Part shown: positions 8,701 through 18,346 of the stretch, piece by piece
Layout of the letters: each line of letters opens with the position of its first letter
How positions within the stretch are numbered: position 1 is the stretch's first letter
Origin: a virus
Direction: 5' to 3' (one strand)
Virus record (IMG/VR): IMGVR_UViG_3300045988_146982
Coordinates: 1,038 to 65,037 of that record
Length of the DNA stretch: 64,000 nt
Made by a program: the position numbers and the translations under genes
The notes under the pieces: model-generated
What the model saw: the letters and a program-made list of their open reading frames with translations, nothing else
Told to the model about the DNA's origin: nothing
The model's database searches: none

Positions 8701-11700
8701 GCTTCCGATTCATCGAACCCGGCAAGGTAATCGTTGAGCTGTGTGCGTAAGTTCAATTTCTCATAACTGCCAACACCTGATTTGTTCACCCCGGCATCCA
8801 CCCATGTGGAAGTAAGCCAGTCGTAACGGTACAGGTCGTACTGCTGCGCATCGCCTCCAGCCTTCGTCACCCAATACATCTTGTCTTTTTCAAGGTCTGC
8901 ACCGGCAGCCTGTAGTTCGGCAAGTGTCCCCACAAACGCTTTCAGGCGGTTGGAACATTGATATATGAAGTTATGTGCCGTTTGGAAATAACCAACCTGC
9001 TTTTCATTACCCAAATCAAAATCCCAAGACACAACCCCGTTATACTTCCATCCTTCCAATTCTCCCTCGTCGTCAATGGATGGCTCAACGTCTTCGTTCC
9101 ACGGTACCTGGTGCAGCGTCAGTACGGCACCGTTGTCCGACCCTTCGATCATTAGGTAGTCGGGAAATACTTCTTTGTCATATCCGAATGTCGGCTTGTC
9201 GCCTTTTCCGGGTCCGAACGTTACCAAGCCGTAGAATACAGGTTCAGCCGATTCGTTTTCGCGGACAAACATCATGAACGGAAGTTGCTTGACGCATACA
9301 CGGCATTTTTCATAACCACCCGTTTCCGTGATGGAATTACCACCAACCACTTCTTTCCACAATTCGTGGTACAGGTCGCACGACCCTGCCTTGTGACTCT
9401 GCTGGGAGGAAGCCCAGTTCAGTTTCGCCACCAGCTTGGTGGCAGGCGGCACATCATCCGTCAATTGGTAAGCCGCTCCACGGTCGGTTCCGTTTCCGTC
9501 AATCCAATTATAATCGCCAAAGCCGTACTGGTGGTTCCACAGGAAATATTTCTTTGATGACGAACCCTGTCCTTTCACGCTCATTCCCTTAATCGTACCG
9601 GAGTGGGACGGGTCGCCTACAATATTAATCGTCAGGTCTCCTTTCTTCTTCGCCTGGTCAAGGATATAAGGGAGTGAGCCGGTCCAGAGCATCGTGTTGT
9701 ACTTCTGCGAAGCGCGCTCGTAGTTGATCAGGTTATTATACAATACGTCATTCTTGTCGCGGAACGCAATCTTTTCGCTTACCTCCGTCATACTTGCCAT
9801 ATAATCCTGCCGTATGTCAGTGGCTGAAAGGGCTTTCTTATAGATGCGGATACCGTAGATATCCACATCAGAGGTTTCCGAGCCGATGCGGATACCGTGC
9901 GAGGTGAGCACCCCATTCACGCGCTGGATGAATTTGTCTGTTTCGGTATAGACGAACTCACGGTTGATGATTCCGTTGATGAACAGACGCACGTAACTGA
10001 TACCATGCCCACCGAGGTTATAAATGATATTTACAGCCAGAAGGGTGCGGGTGTCCTCCTGGAACATCACATCCTGGTCGGTGGGCGTACGGTGCCCAGT
10101 GGTCAGGAAGTACGCCTCTTGCGGACGGATTTCCAAGCCCAAGGGCAGTCCGTCGCTTGCGTAGGTGGAGCACATGCGGATAATCGGTTCTGCAAGGTCG
10201 GTCGCGTTGCGGGAAGCGTAGTCAATCTCAATGGTCAGTGAACTCTCCTGGGTCTGTCCGGTGGTTTCGGAATAGCTCTCGTAGTCAATATCCAGCGAGC
10301 ATCCGGCAAGGACGCGCAGGCATTTGGCTCCGGCACTGTCAGTCTGCCATCCGTCCGTCAATAGTTCGAAGCCTTTCCATACGGACGGGACCTCCTCACC
10401 CGTTTCCTGGTTGACAATCCGCATCGGATTCTCCTCGGTGTTGGTGCGCTGTTTGGGGTTCAGCACGAAATCAGCCCCCTTGGTGGGAGAAAAGTTTTCG
10501 CTGTTGTCAATGGTGAAGAGAAGCTGCTGCCGCAGTTCCGTATCGCCGGAATAAAAGAGCATGCGCCCGTTCAGCGTGTCACCTGCGCCTTCTTCCGTTT
10601 CGACTTCGACCATCGCGCTCAGTTCATAGCGTGTGCGGTTGGCTGCCGCCGGAATGTCCTGCGTCAAATAGGCTTCTTGCAGCTTGCCATCCATCAGGCG
10701 AAATTGCACGGGCGTTGTTTCGGCTGATGGATTATAAACCGCCCACTCGAAAAACTTCACCGTATTCCAGTTGGTCAGGTCACGCTGTATGCCGTTCAAC
10801 GCCATCAATATGCCCGTTTCCCCTTCTTCGGCTACCATGATTTGCGAAACCAAATCATCGGTCTGCACTGACGAACCGCTGCTCAGGTAAGCTGTGACGG
10901 TATAGACGCCATGCTTCTTGGGGCTGTCAATCTCCAGAATATAGGGTGTTTCCGTATAGACGTTCGTACCGAGGGCACGGGTAAAGGTCCGGTCGTAGTC
11001 CTTACCGGTAACACGTACCGTAAGGTCTTTGGCAATGTTGCCGGTGACATAGTAAGACAATGGGATACGCTCGCCGTCAAAAGGATTTTCCCATGTGGCG
11101 GCAAAGTCAAGCGCAAGGCTTGTCACCGTGATGGAGTAACTGACGTATGTGGTTGACAGTTCCGTGGTCTCACCGCGGCAGATGATACGGACAGATTGCT
11201 GCCCGAGCGTCAGGTAATCGCCGATAGGGACTTCCACCCAGTCGGATGAATCAGCCGGGTAGGATTCAATCTTCACCGTCCCTTTGGTGCTCCAGTTGCT
11301 TGCGCCTTCCACTTTGGTCTGTATCGTCAGTACGCCCATTTCGCCAGTATCGGTGGTCTGCTGCGTGGCAGGGTTGAATACCTGCGAGGTAAAACGGAGC
11401 TTGACACTCAATTTTCTTGATGTCGTGATGATGGTACGCTCCGAACCGTTCACAAGGTTCAGGATATAGCTGGTTGCCGAACTCGATCCGTCGCCACTTG
11501 GCAAGGCAATATCAAACAGGACGTTCGTTGCGAATGCTTCCGGGTTGCTGTTCCATTCATTATAACGTTCCTCATCGGCAAAGCCGCGAAGGTGGTAGTT
11601 CCCGTCTGTTTCCTTGTCCGTTGTCCGGGACAGATACCCGGCTTTGCTCTTGAACTGCTTTTTGATGAACTCTTCCACACGGGAACCTTTATACATTTCT

Positions 11701-11762
11701 GAAGACGTGCTCCACGGCACTTCTATGCTTTCAATCTCTTTATCCAGTTTTATCTTTGCCAT
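5778..11762 (-). CDS. Giant tail-fibre / receptor-binding protein (1994 aa), the DGR target, with a C-terminal C-type-lectin-fold (DUF1566-like) variable region
   Basis: The C-terminus ...SWYWSSTEGSRGNSWYVGFSSGNTSGNGKCYGNRARAVAAF contains VR. Internal regions look LamG/ConA-like (LFINGIINREF...IRIYKKALS), leucine-rich-repeat-like and Big-like. Confidence 0.85.
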   Translation of the reverse strand: MAKIKLDKEIESIEVPWSTSSEMYKGSRVEEFIKKQFKSKAGYLSRTTDKETDGNYHLRGFADEERYNEWNSNPEAFATNVLFDIALPSGDGSSSATSYILNLVNGSERTIITTSRKLSVKLRFTSQVFNPATQQTTDTGEMGVLTIQTKVEGASNWSTKGTVKIESYPADSSDWVEVPIGDYLTLGQQSVRIICRGETTELSTTYVSYSITVTSLALDFAATWENPFDGERIPLSYYVTGNIAKDLTVRVTGKDYDRTFTRALGTNVYTETPYILEIDSPKKHGVYTVTAYLSSGSSVQTDDLVSQIMVAEEGETGILMALNGIQRDLTNWNTVKFFEWAVYNPSAETTPVQFRLMDGKLQEAYLTQDIPAAANRTRYELSAMVEVETEEGAGDTLNGRMLFYSGDTELRQQLLFTIDNSENFSPTKGADFVLNPKQRTNTEENPMRIVNQETGEEVPSVWKGFELLTDGWQTDSAGAKCLRVLAGCSLDIDYESYSETTGQTQESSLTIEIDYASRNATDLAEPIIRMCSTYASDGLPLGLEIRPQEAYFLTTGHRTPTDQDVMFQEDTRTLLAVNIIYNLGGHGISYVRLFINGIINREFVYTETDKFIQRVNGVLTSHGIRIGSETSDVDIYGIRIYKKALSATDIRQDYMASMTEVSEKIAFRDKNDVLYNNLINYERASQKYNTMLWTGSLPYILDQAKKKGDLTINIVGDPSHSGTIKGMSVKGQGSSSKKYFLWNHQYGFGDYNWIDGNGTDRGAAYQLTDDVPPATKLVAKLNWASSQQSHKAGSCDLYHELWKEVVGGNSITETGGYEKCRVCVKQLPFMMFVRENESAEPVFYGLVTFGPGKGDKPTFGYDKEVFPDYLMIEGSDNGAVLTLHQVPWNEDVEPSIDDEGELEGWKYNGVVSWDFDLGNEKQVGYFQTAHNFIYQCSNRLKAFVGTLAELQAAGADLEKDKMYWVTKAGGDAQQYDLYRYDWLTSTWVDAGVNKSGVGSYEKLNLRTQLNDYLAGFDESEAVQNQIWEEVNAMFINARVAMFKSGIGQYYNLSDARFTMMVMKLIAASDNRAKNTYQYLDPKTHLICFAQDDMDTIFLTDNLGRKDKPYYVEEHDLNANGKNYWNGEVNTFYNLMELAFPAELRSTMKAIFSAMAKIGGSPMGCFEKFYFRIQKYFPAVAYNETARLLYEYAEQKANEGLYNPPSVSAISQSLGDQLQGEMQYLKMRTVYLSSFCSYGDFSVASSQSISFRSRYTKDGKQPTYTFNLRPFMWIYPAVAIGQSLGFGADNDGKAYGLPQRVKAGENYTISFITDNDTPCALLAPDCYSSIGNWGDKPLTGEFALSGKRLTEFSAGREEGIKVVEFNASSFKINTPNLKRLNLNGVEALAGILDLSKLTRAESLGVSGTALSTVTLPKTGSLENLELPAKLTALHLDDLPGLKTAGIEGVGNLQTVYVDQKGAGAFNSRAFAAQLYTGATEELSSVTFKSVEWESVTADMLVFLCDKQSVLTGSIALMNASGDRYITFDEKMKLVGRYGDIDSTDNPLYVSYPVRAINSISIQGNNYIFTLGEYTGFHISVLPTSANNVKIVDGHAAVNWSIEDGASLYAGFTDPVNGVLHVKKLSDAALKERFTVTVEVTTMDNRVMKQTKQVGFFNRIPEIGDFAYADGTFDDAYDPSKTLAGVVFMRTKKSDTEYELRIDAAEDIIMVDENTNVVSWPWGLYPEASATNGFPQEIEDAIQNAAGIASATDTAMPNINSTGLSQTTDPNNGKPSSNYINEDNYLDDDTDDGYAVLTSGSVNDFDGKEKTDIIIEHCNHILLNYLDVPLPETMEELYKAMKELAASNSGAKKYWQFYYPAAYMCRLYEPKAEAVHEQYRSGNWYLPANGELARIYNFHNCSRGFKINTAPTADYADEHPSSEARMPLFANMLKRVRDINVGANPFALHSASWYWSSTEGSRGNSWYVGFSSGNTSGNGKCYGNRARAVAAFTFKL
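5795..5922 (-). repeat. DGR variable repeat (VR)
   Basis: Counterpart of TR. It lies in the last ~45 codons of the 1994-aa ORF. Confidence 0.9.
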
Positions 11763-11775
11763 AATTCACATTGTT

Positions 11776-11955
11776 TTATTTGTTACCGTCCCAATACTCA
11801 TCCCCGTCCCAAGGTTTGTCCCCGTCCCAATATCCGCTGCCGAAGCAGCTTCTTACAGCCATCCAAACAAGCCGTGCCCCTTTGTAGATGGCCGATACCG
11901 CCCGCCGGCCGTAGTAGATGACTAGCACCTCTTTTTCTTTCACCACGATTCCCAT
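11776..11955 (-). CDS. Small ORF (59 aa) with three W-D-G repeats
   Basis: ATG at 11955, 3 nt after the upstream stop. The C-terminus reads YWDGDKPWDGDEYWDGNK. It is below the ORF-track length cutoff. Confidence 0.3.
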   Translation of the reverse strand: MGIVVKEKEVLVIYYGRRAVSAIYKGARLVWMAVRSCFGSGYWDGDKPWDGDEYWDGNK

Positions 11956-11958
11956 ACG

Positions 11959-12309
11959 CTATTCCTCCAATACGTAATACATGGTGTCCGGGTCTATGCG
12001 GTCACCAAGGTTTTCAAACTCGTTTTCTGTCAGCAGGACCGGGACGAAGCCGAACAGCTCCTTTCCCAGCTCGGATGCCGCCTCGGTCTTTTCCTCCGGA
12101 GTCATATCGCCCCATGCGGCAGCGCCTTTTTCAGCCATTATCATCCATGTGGCATCGTCTGTGCCCGGCGTTACGCCTTTGGTCTTGTCCTTGAGACACA
12201 CGTAGGAGCTGCCCAAATGGAACACAAGGTCAAGCCGGTTGTATTCCTCTGGCTCTGCATATCGCCCGCGCGGGATGAAAGTCACCCTTCCCAATATTGT
12301 TTTTGCCAT
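11959..12309 (-). CDS. Hypothetical tail-fibre-module protein
   Basis: 116-aa ORF tightly packed in the same-strand operon. Confidence 0.45.
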   Translation of the reverse strand: MAKTILGRVTFIPRGRYAEPEEYNRLDLVFHLGSSYVCLKDKTKGVTPGTDDATWMIMAEKGAAAWGDMTPEEKTEAASELGKELFGFVPVLLTENEFENLGDRIDPDTMYYVLEE

Positions 12310-12317
12310 ATCGCCTT

Positions 12318-13211
12318 TTATCCGTTAATTGTTAAACATAGTTCACCGTCATCCAACGTGAAAACAGGACCGGTATATTTGTCAGGGGTGGTACAGACGA
12401 GTTCCCCCTTGGCTATGTCGATGTCGAAGGCGGCGAACATTATATCTCCGCGGGCGAAAGTGCCGGTGTCGCGGTATTCGCCGGTTTCTTCATCCCACAC
12501 CCACCAGTTGCCGTTTCCCCCGATCTTCGCCGGGTTGTCGGCGTAGGCTTGTGCGCGATCCGCTTGATTTTGCGCAGCCGCAGCCGCTTCTTCCGCTTTC
12601 TTTGTGGATTCTTTAAATCCTTTCTCGCGGGCAGTTTCCGCTTCGGCACGTTTGTTCTCAAACAATATGCGGTCGTTCTCCTGTCGTTTACGGATGTTTT
12701 CATTACCGATTCGTGCGTTTTCATTGCTGATGCGTGTTTGTTCATTGGACGACACCGTGCGGTCGGTATCCTCCAGCTTCGCGATCATCTCCGCAGCCGG
12801 GCGTTGCAATTCGGCAATCTCTTCGGGAGTAAAATCCTTCAGGTGGGGAATAAGCATGCGCACCTCATCTTCGGTCAGGTCTTCGAAACGGAGCTTGATG
12901 TCGGCTATGTCAACCAAAAGCCGCCATGTGGTGTCGGGGTCGGGAATATACTTGTACTCAATGCCGGTCTCTGTTTTGCGGAATTCCGGCGTCTTGCCCT
13001 CTGCGACTACTCCGGTGCCGATGTCTCCCACCCACCATACGCCATCCCGGATGGAAGGTTTCAGGCTGTCAGACACCGCCGCCTTGAACAGCGCAACCGA
13101 TATACGCCCGTTTACCCCGGAAGACAGGACCAGCAGTATGTTATCATTCCCGCCGACACCGGACACAGGGGTAAAATCCTTTATGTCTATATCATTCATC
13201 CCTTGCGACAT
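12318..13211 (-). CDS. Hypothetical tail-fibre-module protein with a central coiled coil
   Basis: 297-aa ORF with a repetitive N/E/R-rich helical middle segment. Confidence 0.5.
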   Translation of the reverse strand: MSQGMNDIDIKDFTPVSGVGGNDNILLVLSSGVNGRISVALFKAAVSDSLKPSIRDGVWWVGDIGTGVVAEGKTPEFRKTETGIEYKYIPDPDTTWRLLVDIADIKLRFEDLTEDEVRMLIPHLKDFTPEEIAELQRPAAEMIAKLEDTDRTVSSNEQTRISNENARIGNENIRKRQENDRILFENKRAEAETAREKGFKESTKKAEEAAAAAQNQADRAQAYADNPAKIGGNGNWWVWDEETGEYRDTGTFARGDIMFAAFDIDIAKGELVCTTPDKYTGPVFTLDDGELCLTING

Positions 13212-13537
13212 GGCGGTATCTGTTTATGTTTTCCGATATAATCCTTCATGGAATCGGCAAATACTCCGGGGAACAGGTCTATGCTGCTTAATATGGTGTC
13301 CACTTCGGTATCGTCAAGCTCGGTTTCCCCGGTGGAGCGAAATATCTTCTCGGCAAGCACGTGCGCCGATATTCCGGGAATGTTCCTGTAGATGGAATCG
13401 GCATACTCTTCCGCTATGTCCCGCTCCACAACCATGTCCTTGCGTATGTTTGCATACATCGGGAATTTTCTAAAATTTATTTTCATAATCTCTTTCTTAA
13501 ATTGATAAATACATTTCATTCCAATAATATCCGTCAT
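13196..13537 (-). CDS. Hypothetical protein
   Basis: 113-aa ORF with short overlaps to both neighbours. Confidence 0.4.
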   Translation of the reverse strand: MTDIIGMKCIYQFKKEIMKINFRKFPMYANIRKDMVVERDIAEEYADSIYRNIPGISAHVLAEKIFRSTGETELDDTEVDTILSSIDLFPGVFADSMKDYIGKHKQIPPCRKG

Positions 13538-16500
13538 ACATAAAGCCCCGGAAATGGTTGTCCTTGATCGATGTCGAACCGACCGGATTTCTGTTGTTGG
13601 CTTCCCGTATGGAACCGCTCATGGTTATATTCCCGGTATTGGCAGGCTTGATGAATACAATCTTCCCCTTCCACATGGTTGCGGAAGAAGGCAGGCTGAC
13701 AGTAATCGAAGAAGTATTCTTACATACAATCAGATCATCGCTGCTTTTGACAGTATACGAGGATGAAACCTCAATCGCATTAAGTGCCAATCCGTTTATC
13801 CGGACGAACTCTCCGCTTCGTGCAACAATTTCCGCGTTGCCTCTTGACTTCAACGCGTACCCGAAGCCGCCGGCGTTACATAGCAGCTCCAAGGCAATGG
13901 ACAAATTACTGGAACCATAAGTGCTGAAACTTGCCGCCGTCCTGCCATCGGCACGGGCAGCCAAGAATGCGCTGCTTGAAGGGTCGTTCAGCCGGAGGAA
14001 GTTATATCCGCTGATCTCGAATTTAATGGAAGCATTGTTCCCGGATACCGACAAGGAATTATTCGAAATCGTAAACCCGCCGATAGTACCTTTACTCACA
14101 TCAATTGACCCGTTGATTCCATCCAGCGTAAGCGTGCCGCTCTGCGACTGCATCTTCTGGCTCTTGAACATGAACCCGGCAATGTTGGCTCCGTCAATCA
14201 GGGCGGTATCCATCGCCACGAAGCTGAACTTGTTGGACTGTTCCCAATAAGAGGTGTTGGTGGGGGTGGCAGAACCGGAATATCCGTACGGCTTGACAAT
14301 ATAGGCATTGCCGTTATATATCACGATATCGCGGTATTCGCTGTTGTAAACATAAGTCTCGGACGATTTGTATGTGCCGCGGTAGCGCGGCATGGAACCC
14401 GAAGGTCCGCGGTCGCCGGCAGGACCTTGCGGACCCTGTGGTCCGCGGTCCCCATCTTCTCCGTCCGATACTATCTGCGCATAAGCCACACACTCAATGT
14501 TGCTGAACGGTTTTGCCACAATCTTATAATACTTGTACGAAGAGGACACGGAGACCGTGAATGTGGTCGAATAGGAAGAACCGGTGGCATACTGCGACCA
14601 TGATTCGTTATCGTTACTCCGGTATATGTACCATTGGGCGGACTCTGCCGCCTGGGTATTATTACTGTTCTTGTAACAGGTGCAGACAAAAGATGAAGGG
14701 TCCAGTGAGCCTGTTATCTTCTGACCGATGGTCATTTGGGCAGGAGATATGCTATAATAGCAGGCGTCTTCACCGGGTTTGCCATCTTCGCCGTCATGCC
14801 CAGGCTGCCCGGGCTTCCCGTCCTCGCCGTTTGTCAACACGGGAATCGTTTCACGGTCTACAGGTTGTCCGTTGCAATAAAGGGAAAATGTAATGCTTGT
14901 GCCGGCAGACGTTACGGAGAGCGGACTTCCGATGGCGTAGGCAACCTCTTCCCCGTCATCAATCTTACGCATCATGGCATAACCATCCGGCAGGACGGTT
15001 ACACGTACAGGCGCATTCTTCCCGTCCGTCTTGCGGAGCACGCACGTAATGGAAGACACGGAACACGAACCGTCCGAATTCTTTTTGATGGAGCTTTCAG
15101 AAGGGAGCAGGTCGTAAATGACAGCAGGGTCCCCGTCCGTCAGCTTCGTGATGCCGAACTGCACCGGCTTGGAATATTGTTCACCGGCAAACGTGGCGTA
15201 TGCCCGTACCGGGATGGTGATAACCCTGCTGCCGGGCACTGCCGGAATAGCGGTGACGGTAATCACGCCTGTTTCCACATCTTTGGATACACTGACACCC
15301 TCAGACGCTTCCACTTCTATCCTGTCCAATCCAAGCCGGCGCGTGCCATACCACATGCTGACAACAGTCGTGCAGGGCAGTCCGTTCAGCACGTTGCCAT
15401 AGGTGTCGCAATGTACGGCGCACATTTCGTTTGACAGGTCCGCCGATATGATGTTCCATCCGTTTTGGTTGACATTGATGGTATAGGTTTTCAGGAATGA
15501 TGCGTTTCCTTCGCAGTTCACTGTGATGCCGATGCTCATGCCGCCAAGGTCGGTCAGCCCATCCACAATGACAACCCCGTTCTCCACGTGCGCAGTGCAG
15601 CCGACAGGCTCGATTGACACCATGAACGCGCCGGCTTTCAAGGTTTCCGAGTAAACCAGTTCCTTTTCGCCCTTGAAAGCCTGCACGCGGGTGGAAAGGC
15701 GGAAGCCGGTCGCCACCACATTCTCTTCTCCGCCTATTACGTTCCTGCCGCCTGCGGTCACATTCTGCACGGTCTTTGCCCCGTTGATGATATTGCCCTC
15801 TTCGTCCACCGTCACAACACCCTCGTAGCTGGACAGGTTGACGCTGTATGCAGTGAGCTGGTCCACCTGGTCGGGAGTGAACTGGATATGCACGCCGGTC
15901 ATGTAACCGTTCTTCTGGAACGTCCCGTGACCGTGCATCTCCATGCCGCCGATGGTAGTGCCGTCCAGCAGCCCGGACTGGTACATGATATGTTTGTCGG
16001 GGTCAATCTGCCAGGTATCCACTCCCTCCAGGATACGCTTGTAGTAGCGGTTCTCGTAGGTGATGGACTGACGCTCCTTGTCGGTAAAATTGCCGTAGGC
16101 GAAGAAGTTCATCCCGGGCATGGGGTGTACGCCGGTGCCCACTTGCAGGTTGTATTCGAAGCTCATCAGCCCGGCTTTGCTTTCAACAATCCGGGTGGGA
16201 GTAAAATATGAAGTGGCAAAGCCGGAGTATCCCATGAAGCCGTTCTTGTCGAACAGGGTCTGCTCTTCGTTGCTGCCTTCCAAATTGTGGAAGACGCCAC
16301 GACAGATGTCGTTGACGTGCAGCGTTCCCCACTGGTCGTCCAGCAGGTCAAGCGTGGCAATGCGTTTTTCCCTGTCTACGGTCTTAATGGTACCGTAAGC
16401 AAATGTGTTTGCTTTGTCACCGGCTATCACATCAATGCAGTTGAATGTGATTTTGGGAACAATCAGCTCTTCACGGGCAAGAATCCTGTCTATTTCAAGG

Positions 16501-18323
16501 ATTGATTTCCCGTTTTCATCAAGCCACATGGAGGCGCCACGTCCGCCGAGCATGCCGGTAACGAACTTGCCGATACGCAAGCCTTTCATGAAAGTGATAA
16601 TCCCTTGTACGACATCATCCTTTTTCTTACTGATGAACTCAGTGAGCGAGCGCAAAGCCGAGAATGCATTATTGTCGGTAGCCGGTGTGGAATCATTTCT
16701 TTTAATCAGATAAACCCCACTGCCCCAACCGCCTGTATAAGTCTGACCTTTCAGGGTAAGAGATTCTATCTTGCCTTCGAGGTCCCCTATACGCGAGTAG
16801 GCTGCCGTCTCCCCTACTGTATAAATCGGAGAATCATAAGGATAGTCAAGATTAAACTCGTATCCGATAACCCTTGACTGCCTTCCGTTCTCAAAATAAG
16901 CCTTATTGATTAAGTTAACCTTCTGACCGATGCCGTAGAGATTGTGCACTCCGTCCTCACTGTATGCGACATCCGACATCATCTTACAGTTATATGTAGA
17001 AGGGTCTATCTTGGATTTGGCTACAGCTTTCTCCGCTTCGGCTTTCAGCTCTTGTTCGGCGGCACCCACAAGCCCCAGTTCGGTTATTTTCGTACTGTCC
17101 CAACCGGATAGAATATAAGTATCCCCATTCTCAGGAATAAGCACTCCGTCCGGAAGCGGTCTGCCGTAGTTCTCATTTCTGACTATTTCCCAAAGTTGTT
17201 CATTCTTATTGTCAGGGTCGAATGTCACAGCGAATTCCATACCATTCAACTTGCCGGATTGGAAAATGATTTTCAATTCCTCACCGGGAAGGATATAGTC
17301 CTTTGAGAAGGTAATGCCGGTATCCTTGAAGCGGTAGGCATTCCATTTTTCCTCGGTGGTTGTGCCGTCCTCATTCTCCACCTTGTCTGTCACCTCAATA
17401 GTTGTGACATCCGACATGGTGCCGACCCTTCGGGGATAGACTTCATCGAAGATAACCACTTGTTCAATGGCTTCCTCGGTAGTCATATCAGGATAAGCGT
17501 CTATGTACGGAGTTCCGTCGGGCAACATTAAGCGTTTTTGCACAACGCCGTTCAGCACTACAGTCTCATCAACGGGGCGGTAGTCAGATGGGATATTCTT
17601 TGTTGAGCCGAATGCATAGATTCGGGTGGCGTAGGTCGATTGGGAATCGGAACGTGACATCTCTACAACGTTCACCCCGATTTCAAAGTTAACCGCATCG
17701 CCAGACTCACAACGTCCGAAATGGATGATGTTTTCAGTCACCCAACATTCGCAATCCCATTTCTTCGCCATCTCAAAACAGGCGTCAAGGATGTTGATGT
17801 TGTCATAAGTCATCAGTAGCGCCTTATTCTCTACAGTGCTGTCAATGGAGAAAACAAAATCCTGACCTTTATACGCATAACCAAGAGCTTTCAAATTTCT
17901 AAGGACTATACCGGCTTGTACGTCAAGCGGGGCAGTCAGATTCCAGGACGCTTCCTGCCCGGACACTTCGGGGGTATATTTAAAGATTTTGTTTTTCCAT
18001 TTCCAGTAGTGGGCGTCAAGTCTTAATTCGTAATCGTAGCCTGCGTTATCGGTGTTGAATGCGGGCTTCTGCAAGTCGCACACCTCGAACAGCCCGAAGT
18101 CGCACTCCACGTATGAACCAAGTTTGAAATATATAGGATTTTCCAAGGAGAACTTTAACGTGATGTGGTCCTCCTTCATCAGAGTGAACTTACGCTTGCA
18201 GCCTTCATTAACAGGAGTTGTAAGCAGGATAGCACCGGATATGTCTTTGATGTCGATTTGTTCCATGTCTTCAAAGTTCGGAGATAAAAAAAAGAGTGCC
18301 CAATTTTGAGCACTCACATACAC
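13497..18323 (-). CDS. Tail tip / central fibre protein with collagen-like repeats (1608 aa)
   Basis: Lies two genes downstream of the tape measure. Contains G-x-y runs GEDGKPGQPGHDGEDGKPGED and GEDGDRGPQGPQGPAGDRGPSG. The track start is GTG; the first ATG (MEQIDIK) is at 18263. Confidence 0.6.
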   Translation of the reverse strand: MYVSAQNWALFFLSPNFEDMEQIDIKDISGAILLTTPVNEGCKRKFTLMKEDHITLKFSLENPIYFKLGSYVECDFGLFEVCDLQKPAFNTDNAGYDYELRLDAHYWKWKNKIFKYTPEVSGQEASWNLTAPLDVQAGIVLRNLKALGYAYKGQDFVFSIDSTVENKALLMTYDNINILDACFEMAKKWDCECWVTENIIHFGRCESGDAVNFEIGVNVVEMSRSDSQSTYATRIYAFGSTKNIPSDYRPVDETVVLNGVVQKRLMLPDGTPYIDAYPDMTTEEAIEQVVIFDEVYPRRVGTMSDVTTIEVTDKVENEDGTTTEEKWNAYRFKDTGITFSKDYILPGEELKIIFQSGKLNGMEFAVTFDPDNKNEQLWEIVRNENYGRPLPDGVLIPENGDTYILSGWDSTKITELGLVGAAEQELKAEAEKAVAKSKIDPSTYNCKMMSDVAYSEDGVHNLYGIGQKVNLINKAYFENGRQSRVIGYEFNLDYPYDSPIYTVGETAAYSRIGDLEGKIESLTLKGQTYTGGWGSGVYLIKRNDSTPATDNNAFSALRSLTEFISKKKDDVVQGIITFMKGLRIGKFVTGMLGGRGASMWLDENGKSILEIDRILAREELIVPKITFNCIDVIAGDKANTFAYGTIKTVDREKRIATLDLLDDQWGTLHVNDICRGVFHNLEGSNEEQTLFDKNGFMGYSGFATSYFTPTRIVESKAGLMSFEYNLQVGTGVHPMPGMNFFAYGNFTDKERQSITYENRYYKRILEGVDTWQIDPDKHIMYQSGLLDGTTIGGMEMHGHGTFQKNGYMTGVHIQFTPDQVDQLTAYSVNLSSYEGVVTVDEEGNIINGAKTVQNVTAGGRNVIGGEENVVATGFRLSTRVQAFKGEKELVYSETLKAGAFMVSIEPVGCTAHVENGVVIVDGLTDLGGMSIGITVNCEGNASFLKTYTINVNQNGWNIISADLSNEMCAVHCDTYGNVLNGLPCTTVVSMWYGTRRLGLDRIEVEASEGVSVSKDVETGVITVTAIPAVPGSRVITIPVRAYATFAGEQYSKPVQFGITKLTDGDPAVIYDLLPSESSIKKNSDGSCSVSSITCVLRKTDGKNAPVRVTVLPDGYAMMRKIDDGEEVAYAIGSPLSVTSAGTSITFSLYCNGQPVDRETIPVLTNGEDGKPGQPGHDGEDGKPGEDACYYSISPAQMTIGQKITGSLDPSSFVCTCYKNSNNTQAAESAQWYIYRSNDNESWSQYATGSSYSTTFTVSVSSSYKYYKIVAKPFSNIECVAYAQIVSDGEDGDRGPQGPQGPAGDRGPSGSMPRYRGTYKSSETYVYNSEYRDIVIYNGNAYIVKPYGYSGSATPTNTSYWEQSNKFSFVAMDTALIDGANIAGFMFKSQKMQSQSGTLTLDGINGSIDVSKGTIGGFTISNNSLSVSGNNASIKFEISGYNFLRLNDPSSSAFLAARADGRTAASFSTYGSSNLSIALELLCNAGGFGYALKSRGNAEIVARSGEFVRINGLALNAIEVSSSYTVKSSDDLIVCKNTSSITVSLPSSATMWKGKIVFIKPANTGNITMSGSIREANNRNPVGSTSIKDNHFRGFMYDGYYWNEMYLSI

Positions 18324-18344
18324 GACAATAGAGCCAATGTCGTG
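18321..18344. repeat. Copy of the CACGACAAT-N6-ATTGTCGTG palindrome family (imperfect)
   Basis: CACGACAAT agagcc AATGTCGTG, with 7 perfect pairs, in the gap between two tail genes. Confidence 0.6.
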
Positions 18345-18346
18345 AA

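Noticed and set aside
12549-13473. Long + strand ORFs (230 aa and 289 aa) opposite the tail-fibre-module genes
   Set aside because: They lie entirely antisense to tightly packed minus-strand genes. Their sequences are low-complexity and Ser/Arg-rich, and they have no promoter context. They are treated as shadow ORFs, as are the many other + strand ORFs between 3.5 and 22.8 kb.
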